In this document: one piece after another, positions 57,533-64,000 of the stretch | Position numbering within the stretch: position 1 is the stretch's first letter | Layout of the letters: each line of letters starts with the position of its first letter | Assembly (NCBI GenBank): GCA_003056085.1 | Contig: LSNK01000002.1 | Span: 42,485-106,484, forward strand | DNA from: Parcubacteria group bacterium M6-OD1-1 | GTDB taxonomy: Bacteria > Patescibacteriota > Minisyncoccia > GWC2-36-17 > M10-OD1-4 | Direction of reading: 5' to 3' | DNA: 64,000 nt | Notes under the pieces: model-generated | Told to the model about the DNA's origin: nothing | Database searches by the model: none | What the model saw: the letters and a program-made list of their open reading frames with translations, nothing else | Position numbers and translations under genes: made by a program

Positions 57533-59326
57533 TTAATTAAGCCCTATATGTAAGTTGTACAACTCATGATAAACGCCCTTTTTTATCTTCATTAATTCGT
57601 TATGACTACCCTCTTCTACTATTCTGCCTTCTTTAAAAACCAAAATTCTATTTGCTTTGCGAACCGTACTTAGACGATGCGCCACTATAAACGTTGTTCT
57701 ACCTTGCATTAATTTTTCAAGAGACTCAGTAATAAATTTTTCTGACTTAGAATCCAAAGCGCTTGTAGGTTCATCCAGTATAAGTATTTTCGGATTTCTT
57801 AAAATTGCCCTTGCTATAGCTATTCTCTGTTTTTGACCAACTGAAAGCTTAACCCCCATATACCCGACCTCTTGATTATATTTTTTTGTAAACTTTTCAA
57901 TAAATACATCAGCGTACGCTTCTTTTGCTGCTTGTTTTATTTCAATAGTTGTGGCTTTAAGATTTCCATACTTTATATTAACTTTTATAGAATCGTTAAA
58001 AAGATCTATCTCTTGCGAAACAACAGCAATATTTTTTCTCAAAAATTTTAAATTTATTTTTCTAATATCTACATCATCTATAAATACATTTCCTTTTTGA
58101 GCAAAATAGTAAGCAGAAATTAATTCTATTAAAGTACTCTTACCTACACCTGATTCTCCAACTAAAGCAATGGTTTCACCTGCAGAAATTTTAAAATTTA
58201 TATTTTTTAAAATATCTCCATCTTTTTTATTATAATGAAAATTAACATTTCTAAACTCAATATCACCTTTTATCTCTTTCATCATTACGGCATTTTCTGG
58301 TTTATACTTCTCGTGACTTATCTGTAATATATTATCTACAGCTTCTAAATCTAATAATCCATTTTGTACAGATTGCCAGTTTTTCCCCAAGATTACAAAT
58401 GGACCGAATATCATAGCGGAGTAACCATTTAAAGTTATGAGTTCTCCTATTGTTATCTCTCCTTTTTGTATTAAAAAGACAGATACTGTAAAAACCAATA
58501 TCTGCGTTACTAATATAACGACTCTTTGATAAAAATCTATATCTGCTCGAAGGTCATTAACTTTATTCCAAGTCTTCCCAGCAATGTTTACAAATTCATT
58601 ATATATTTTTTTAATTTCCCCACCTTCTGTGGTGAATTTTTTTACAGCATCTATATTATCAATGCTCTCATATGATGTATTATGCGCCTTATCCCATGCC
58701 TTATTTCCATCCCTTATTAACGAATCCAAAGAGGTAGACAGTCTGCTTAAAATAAACACATACAAGCCGACAGCGACAATAAAAATAAAACCAACTTCAA
58801 CGCTTATAAAAAAAGAAATGGAAAATCCAATAAATATACTTAAAAACTGTGGTATTAATGGCAATATTGTATTGTCTACTATGCTATCTAAAGAACTTGC
58901 ACCTCTATTTATCTTTTCATGCATCTCGCCAATTTTTTTACCAGAATGAAAACTCATCGGTAATCTTAGAAGATGAGATTTAATCTTTACTAAATACATT
59001 GTATACAAAACCATTGCCAGTTGCTGGCTTTTTTTAGAATTTATCCAATCAACGAAACTAGCTACCATCTGAACAAATCCAAATAAAACCAATAAGACAG
59101 CCCAGAGGGGTGCTTGTAAGGTGATGCCGGGGAGAACAATATATTGTCCGTTTAAAATAGCATCAAAAAAACTACCGACTATGTATGGTATAGTACCATT
59201 AGCAAGAGCGGACACTACACCTAAAAATGAAAGAAATAATATCTCCTTCCTGTATTTAAGAATAGATCCCATGAGTATCTTAAATCCTTTTTTCTTTATT
59301 TTTTTTATACTTGTTTTATTAGGCAT
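57533..59326 (-). CDS. ABC exporter, fused permease-ATPase (typical AT-rich composition)
   Basis: GESGVGKSTL, LSVGQKQRIAIARAIL, ILDEPTSALD. Confidence 0.9.
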   Translation of the reverse strand: MPNKTSIKKIKKKGFKILMGSILKYRKEILFLSFLGVVSALANGTIPYIVGSFFDAILNGQYIVLPGITLQAPLWAVLLVLFGFVQMVASFVDWINSKKSQQLAMVLYTMYLVKIKSHLLRLPMSFHSGKKIGEMHEKINRGASSLDSIVDNTILPLIPQFLSIFIGFSISFFISVEVGFIFIVAVGLYVFILSRLSTSLDSLIRDGNKAWDKAHNTSYESIDNIDAVKKFTTEGGEIKKIYNEFVNIAGKTWNKVNDLRADIDFYQRVVILVTQILVFTVSVFLIQKGEITIGELITLNGYSAMIFGPFVILGKNWQSVQNGLLDLEAVDNILQISHEKYKPENAVMMKEIKGDIEFRNVNFHYNKKDGDILKNINFKISAGETIALVGESGVGKSTLIELISAYYFAQKGNVFIDDVDIRKINLKFLRKNIAVVSQEIDLFNDSIKVNIKYGNLKATTIEIKQAAKEAYADVFIEKFTKKYNQEVGYMGVKLSVGQKQRIAIARAILRNPKILILDEPTSALDSKSEKFITESLEKLMQGRTTFIVAHRLSTVRKANRILVFKEGRIVEEGSHNELMKIKKGVYHELYNLHIGLN

Positions 59327-59377
59327 TTCAAATATTTAAATATCTTATTCATTTTATTCTAACATATAAAAAAGAAA

Positions 59378-59413
59378 TAAAGCCCAAAAAATACAATTGT
59401 ATTTTTTGGGCTT
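59378..59413 (-). terminator. Terminator: 18-bp perfect palindrome aaagcccaaaaaatacaa/ttgtattttttgggcttt
   Basis: Read directly. Confidence 0.6.
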
Positions 59414-59418
59414 TGGGT

Positions 59419-59625
59419 TTATGCTTGCACATCCATTATGGAAAGCGCAACGTCATTTATAGAGGAGCTATTTGTGCAGATTGGTTCAACCCCAATTTTT
59501 TTCTTTACTTCCTCCTTTACTCTTTCGGCGCCGTAGATAATCTTTTCACAAGACGCAAACGGCTCTCTGTTGAAAACATCATAAAAAGCACCATGCACAA
59601 CTGCTAAAGCTTCATCAAAGTTCAT
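59419..59625 (-). CDS. Small hypothetical protein (68 aa), weakly DUF1858-like
   Basis: ORF with a terminator; MNFDEALAVVHGAFYDVFNREPFASC... Confidence 0.35.
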   Translation of the reverse strand: MNFDEALAVVHGAFYDVFNREPFASCEKIIYGAERVKEEVKKKIGVEPICTNSSSINDVALSIMDVQA

Positions 59626-59695
59626 AACGAACCTCCTAAATTGTTTTAAAAAAAACTACTGAGTAAATAAAACATATTTTTCTAAAAACACAAAT

Positions 59696-60898
59696 TTAAA
59701 TATTTTTATATTTCTCCAAAAATTCTTTTTTGTATTTTAAAAAACTGTCTTGTTCTATTGAGTCTCTAATATTTTTCATTAGTTCCATCATAAAATAAAG
59801 ATTATGTATTGAAGAAAGCCTGTGTCCGAGCATCTCCCCCGCTCTGTGCAAGTGATGCAAATATGCCTTTGAATAATTTTTACAGGCATAACACCCACAC
59901 CCATCAACAATTGGTTCAAATTTTTCTCTGTTTATTATTTTTTTGATATCATATTTCCCGTTTTTAGTAAAAATCACTCCGTGTCTTGCAAGACGTGTCG
60001 GTAAAACACAGTCAAAAAGATCTACTCCTCTTTGGACTCCCTCAAAAATATCTTCCACCTCGCCTATACCAAGCATATGTCTTGGTTTTTCTTGAGGCAA
60101 TATTTTGTTTACAAGCTCCACCACCTCTTTCATATCGTCTTTGTCAAAAGAACCCCCGATGCCAAAACCTTCAAATGGAAGCGAAGCAATGTATCTTGCG
60201 CTTTCTTCCCGCAAGTCTTTGTATCTTCCTCCTTGAACTATTCCGAAAAGAGCTTGGTCTTCTCTTGTCCTTGTGTCAAGACATCTTTTTGCCCACCTAT
60301 GAGTTCTGTTTAACGCTTTTCTCATATATTCTTTTTGCGCAAGCGGTGAGGTGCATTCGTCAAATACAAATATCATATCTGCTCCTAATTTTTCTTGTAT
60401 AGCTATTGAGCTTTCCGGAGTAAACCTATGCTCTGTTCCGTCAAGATGAGACTTGAAAGTTACTCCGTCGTCGTCTATCTTTGCAAGAGCCGAGTGTTCA
60501 GAAATATGCTCGCTGTTTCCCTCAAGCTCCGCTTCCGTTGGCGACTCCTTTGCTATTTTACTTACCCCTTTTTTATATGCAAAACCTAAAGAAAAAACCT
60601 GAAAACCACCTGAATCCGTCATAGTTGGACCTTGCCAATTCATAAAACTTCCCAATCCTCCCGCTTTTGCAACAACATCTTCCCCCGGCTGTAAGTAAAG
60701 GTGATAAGTATTTCCTAAAACAACTTGCGCCCCCAAACTAGCAACATCTTCCGGGCTGAGCGCTTTTACAGCGGCAAGCGTACCCACAGTCACAAAAGCC
60801 GGAGTTTTTATTTCTCCATGAGGCGTGCTCAAAACACCTGTTCTTCCTAAAGAACCCGGGATTTGTTTTTTTATCTTTAGATGAATAGATTCGTTCAT
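59696..60898 (-). CDS. tgt: Queuine tRNA-ribosyltransferase (tRNA-guanine transglycosylase)
   Basis: TPHGEIKTPAFVTVGTLAAVK..., VLGNTYHLYLQPG, C-terminal zinc site CGCYACKNYSKAYLHHL. Confidence 0.93.
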   Translation of the reverse strand: MNESIHLKIKKQIPGSLGRTGVLSTPHGEIKTPAFVTVGTLAAVKALSPEDVASLGAQVVLGNTYHLYLQPGEDVVAKAGGLGSFMNWQGPTMTDSGGFQVFSLGFAYKKGVSKIAKESPTEAELEGNSEHISEHSALAKIDDDGVTFKSHLDGTEHRFTPESSIAIQEKLGADMIFVFDECTSPLAQKEYMRKALNRTHRWAKRCLDTRTREDQALFGIVQGGRYKDLREESARYIASLPFEGFGIGGSFDKDDMKEVVELVNKILPQEKPRHMLGIGEVEDIFEGVQRGVDLFDCVLPTRLARHGVIFTKNGKYDIKKIINREKFEPIVDGCGCYACKNYSKAYLHHLHRAGEMLGHRLSSIHNLYFMMELMKNIRDSIEQDSFLKYKKEFLEKYKNI

Positions 60899-60901
60899 AC
60901 C

Positions 60902-61174
60902 TTATTTTATATCTATCTTTAAATCCAATACATCTGAGACTTTTACTAAAAAAGAGAGTGTTGGGTTATATGTGCCTGACTCAAATCTGGATATAGCTGA
61001 TTGTTTTGTTCCTATTGATAAAGCAAGATCTTTTTGTGTTAGACCTTTTTCTATTCTCTTTTCTATTATTTTTTTAATTAAAGAAAATTCAAAATCAAGC
61101 TTTTTATATTCACGTTCAACTTCTTTATTCTTTAGTAATTTTGTTTTAATTGTTTTATAATCTTTCATATTCAA
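60902..61174 (-). CDS. XRE-family HTH antitoxin (HigA-like)
   Basis: LTQKDLALSIGTKQSAISRFESG HTH; sits immediately downstream of the toxin gene. Confidence 0.7.
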   Translation of the reverse strand: MNMKDYKTIKTKLLKNKEVEREYKKLDFEFSLIKKIIEKRIEKGLTQKDLALSIGTKQSAISRFESGTYNPTLSFLVKVSDVLDLKIDIK

Positions 61175-61200
61175 AATATAACATATATGTTATATAAAAG

Positions 61201-61509
61201 TCAACGAATTTGTCTTAATTTTTGCAAGGCAAAATTTAAATCCTTTTTTGGTATTTTCATGGATTTTTTTACAAAACCGTGTATCAACACAGCTTTAGAT
61301 TTATGAAAAGTATATAATATTCTAATTTTCTGCACACCATGTATTCGCAACTCAAATAAATTTTCTGCAATCTTTTTACTATGAGGCATACTTAGCTTAT
61401 AACCAAAAGCTTCTAATAAATCTATTGTACGCAGTATTTTAGCAACAGATGAATTGTCTTGGAATTCCAAAAATTTTTCAAGAGAATCATCAAAAAATTT
61501 TATTTCCAT
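61201..61509 (-). CDS. RelE/ParE-superfamily toxin (HigB / phage Gp49-like)
   Basis: ...ENLFELRIHGVQKIRILYTFHKSKAVLIHGFVKKSMKIPKKDL pattern of Gp49/HigB toxins; toxin-first operon. Confidence 0.7.
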   Translation of the reverse strand: MEIKFFDDSLEKFLEFQDNSSVAKILRTIDLLEAFGYKLSMPHSKKIAENLFELRIHGVQKIRILYTFHKSKAVLIHGFVKKSMKIPKKDLNFALQKLRQIR

Positions 61510-61512
61510 ATT

Positions 61513-62349
61513 TTATTTAACCAAATCCTTTCTTAACTTTTTAATAACCTTAAAGTCTTTTTCTCTGTCTCCCGGAGTTTCTAAAACAAAATTTATATTT
61601 TGCAATCTTTTGTCTGAAAATATAGCTTTAAAGCCCTCCATCCCTATATAACCCTCTCCTATATGCTCATGCCTGTCTTTTTTCTCGTTTATATCAACTT
61701 TAGAATCGTTTAGGTGACAAAGCTTTAAATTCTTAAATCCGACAATTTTGTCAAAGTCATCAAAAACTTTTGTTACGGCTTCTTTTGTTCTCAGGTCATA
61801 CCCCGATGCAAACATATGCGCCGTGTCTAAACAAATTCCAATTTTGTAATCTTTAAGCTCACTCAAAAAGTAAGCAAGTTCTTCAAACTTGGAGCCGACT
61901 ATCTCCCCGGCTCCTGCGGATATTTCAAGCAAAAGCTCTGTTTCGTATTCTTTGTCTAAGATTTTTTTTAAAGCATCTGCGACCATTAAAGGCCCCTCAA
62001 GCTCGGTATCTACATCTTTATATGAACCAAGATGCGTCATGGCGTATTTTACACCAAGCTTACTTCCGCGCTCAAGCTCTTGTTTTATTATTTCTATAGA
62101 ACCATATCTTATTCTGTTATTTACCGAAGCCAAGTTTATTATATATGGAGTATGAATATACGCTTCCTTCTGCTCAAATTTTTCCATATTCTTTTTAAAC
62201 AAGTCTGCGATTTCGTCTGTTATGTCGGGCGCCTTCCACATTTGAGGAGATCTTGAAAACATTTGAAAAACCTCACAACCTTCCTGCTGCGCTCTCTCCG
62301 GAGCTTTGTCCACTCCGCCCGCTGATGATACATGTGCACCTAATAACAT
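61513..62349 (-). CDS. nfo: Endonuclease IV (AP endonuclease, TIM barrel)
   Basis: MLLGAHVSSAGGV...; ...HLNDSK... ; 278 aa. Confidence 0.92.
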   Translation of the reverse strand: MLLGAHVSSAGGVDKAPERAQQEGCEVFQMFSRSPQMWKAPDITDEIADLFKKNMEKFEQKEAYIHTPYIINLASVNNRIRYGSIEIIKQELERGSKLGVKYAMTHLGSYKDVDTELEGPLMVADALKKILDKEYETELLLEISAGAGEIVGSKFEELAYFLSELKDYKIGICLDTAHMFASGYDLRTKEAVTKVFDDFDKIVGFKNLKLCHLNDSKVDINEKKDRHEHIGEGYIGMEGFKAIFSDKRLQNINFVLETPGDREKDFKVIKKLRKDLVK

Positions 62350-62370
62350 TTTTATGGTTTATTAGATAAA

Positions 62371-63042
62371 TTATTTATAAATATTTTTTAACCAGTTTAT
62401 TATATAATCTTGAAACTCCGGATGAGTCTTGAAAAGATTTGTTCCATGTTCTGCATCTTCAAATATTTTTATTTCTTTTTTAACCGATGCTTCTTCAAAT
62501 AACTTTCGGATTGTCTTTCTTGAATAGTCGTCTTTATCTCCTCCCGAACAAAGAAGCACCGACTGACCATCGGTAAGATCTTTTATCTTATCTTCTGAAG
62601 TAACACCCCTATAGTCAAGCCCCGGCGACATTAATATGGAAGTTTTAATATTACTGTTTTCCGACTGATATTGCAACGCCAAATTTGCTCCGATAGATGC
62701 TCCCACTAAAGAAATATTTTCCTTTAAAATTTCTTTGTTTTCAAAAAACTTAACCGCAGCCTCAACGTCATAAATTTTATCTTGTTGTTCTTTGTCTGTA
62801 AAATTTTGGTAGTCTATTGTTTCTCCGTCTTTTAAGACAGATTCTCCGTGCCCGCGAAAATCAATCGCAAGCGACTGAAACCCCGCCTCGGCTAATTTTT
62901 TTTGAAAATCATACCAAGATTCTTTTTCAGCAGGCATCATATGAAGCAAAACGACTGCAGGAGCTTTTTTGTTTTCGGTTTGAAAATAACAAGCTGAAAG
63001 CTTCACGTCATCTTTTGTTGTAATTGTTATATTTTCTTCCAT
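62371..63042 (-). CDS. Alpha/beta-hydrolase (dienelactone-hydrolase-like)
   Basis: ...ISLVGASIGAN (GxSxG-like nucleophile), ...DAEHG. Confidence 0.55.
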   Translation of the reverse strand: MEENITITTKDDVKLSACYFQTENKKAPAVVLLHMMPAEKESWYDFQKKLAEAGFQSLAIDFRGHGESVLKDGETIDYQNFTDKEQQDKIYDVEAAVKFFENKEILKENISLVGASIGANLALQYQSENSNIKTSILMSPGLDYRGVTSEDKIKDLTDGQSVLLCSGGDKDDYSRKTIRKLFEEASVKKEIKIFEDAEHGTNLFKTHPEFQDYIINWLKNIYK

Positions 63043-63084
63043 ATAACTTATTTTGAATATTTAACTATCTTTAAATTTTTTTAA

Positions 63085-64000
63085 TCATTCAACCGTAACG
63101 CTTTTTGCTAAATTTCTTGGTTTATCTATATCTTTTTTTAAATATCTTGCGACAAAATAAGCAAAAAACTGCATTGGGATAACCGATAAAATAGGTGAGA
63201 GCATTTCGGAGGACTTTGGAATAAACACAACATCATCGGCAATTTTTGATATTTTTTTATCACCGGAGGTTGCGATACATATAACTTTTCCTCCTCTTGC
63301 CTTTACTTCTTCAATAGTCGCCAGCATCTTGTTGTACGAAGAACCTTTTGTAGCTATACAAAAAACGGGAAAATCTTTATCCACCAAAGCAATCGGTCCA
63401 TGCTTTAACTCGCCTCCGGCATACCCTTCGGCATGAATATAAGAAATCTCTTTTAACTTCAAAGCTCCTTCAAGAGCAATCGGAAAATTATATTTCTTGC
63501 CTAAATATATAAAATTTTTGTATTTAAAATATTTTTTAGCTATATTTTCTATATTTTTCTGATTTGAAAGAATTTGTCCGATTTTACCATGCAAATTTTT
63601 TATTTCTAAAATCAATTCTTTCCCCTCAGAAAGGCTCATCGTCTTTTGTCTTGCAAAAAACAAAGTTAAAAGAGCAAGTACGGTTGCTTGGGAAATAAAT
63701 GCTTTTGTTGAGGCAACGCTTATTTCCGGACCCGCCCTATTGTAGATTCCGGCATCTGTTTCTCTTGAAATAGTTGAACCAACAACATTAACTATCCCTA
63801 AAGTTAAGATTTTTTTCGCCTTAACTTCTTTTAAAGCTCCGATGGTGTCTGCGGTTTCTCCGGACTGGGAAATAGCAATCAAAAGAGTGCTTTTGTCTAT
63901 GGAGGCCTTCCTGTCTTTAAACTCTGAAGCAATTTCAACAGTCGTTGGGATTTGAGCGAAATCTTCAAGCCAATATTTAGCTAAAAGCCCTGCATAATAA
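63085..64000 (-). CDS. glmS: Glutamine--fructose-6-phosphate aminotransferase, C-terminal SIS domains (3' part of the gene; the 5' part lies beyond the window end)
   Basis: IAISQSGETADT, C-terminal ...PRNLAKSVTVE. Confidence 0.9.
   Translation of the reverse strand, partial: YYAGLLAKYWLEDFAQIPTTVEIASEFKDRKASIDKSTLLIAISQSGETADTIGALKEVKAKKILTLGIVNVVGSTISRETDAGIYNRAGPEISVASTKAFISQATVLALLTLFFARQKTMSLSEGKELILEIKNLHGKIGQILSNQKNIENIAKKYFKYKNFIYLGKKYNFPIALEGALKLKEISYIHAEGYAGGELKHGPIALVDKDFPVFCIATKGSSYNKMLATIEEVKARGGKVICIATSGDKKISKIADDVVFIPKSSEMLSPILSVIPMQFFAYFVARYLKKDIDKPRNLAKSVTVE

Overview
AT-rich bacterial chromosomal segment, roughly 30% GC, with lysine-rich proteins, many small membrane proteins and giant surface proteins. 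Most genes sit on the minus strand. Content is compatible with a small-genome Patescibacteria/CPR-like or low-GC Gram-positive-like organism, and the standard code appears in use (TGA stops seen). Recognisable core genes on the minus strand unless noted: cfa (partial, at the window start), secA, hpf, obg, murB, murC, a family-4 uracil-DNA glycosylase, efp (+), secD/secF, a class-V cysteine desulfurase, xseB, xseA, tgt, nfo and glmS (partial, at the window end). Accessory content: three HD-domain hydrolases and a NUDIX hydrolase; a histone-H1-like repeat protein; two lamin-tail-domain surface proteins; a higher-GC ABC exporter islet beside a candidate small RNA; a HigB/HigA-like toxin-antitoxin pair; and an operon coding a HerA/FtsK/TraD-like ATPase, a membrane protein and a sigma-region-4/HARE-HTH protein. 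The most striking feature is a roughly 15-kb accessory stretch (28.5-43.7 kb) studded with two families of perfect palindromic repeats, with six and four copies. Each family is associated with its own IS200-like REP-associated tyrosine transposase (RAYT) paralogue. This stretch also carries a poly-A-frameshifted parB-like gene, a sigma-28-like sigma factor, a PIF1-family helicase, a 1600-aa phospholipase-C/lamin-tail/beta-helix protein and two tandem O-antigen-ligase-like/TPR paralogues. No rRNA, tRNA or CRISPR array could be supported.
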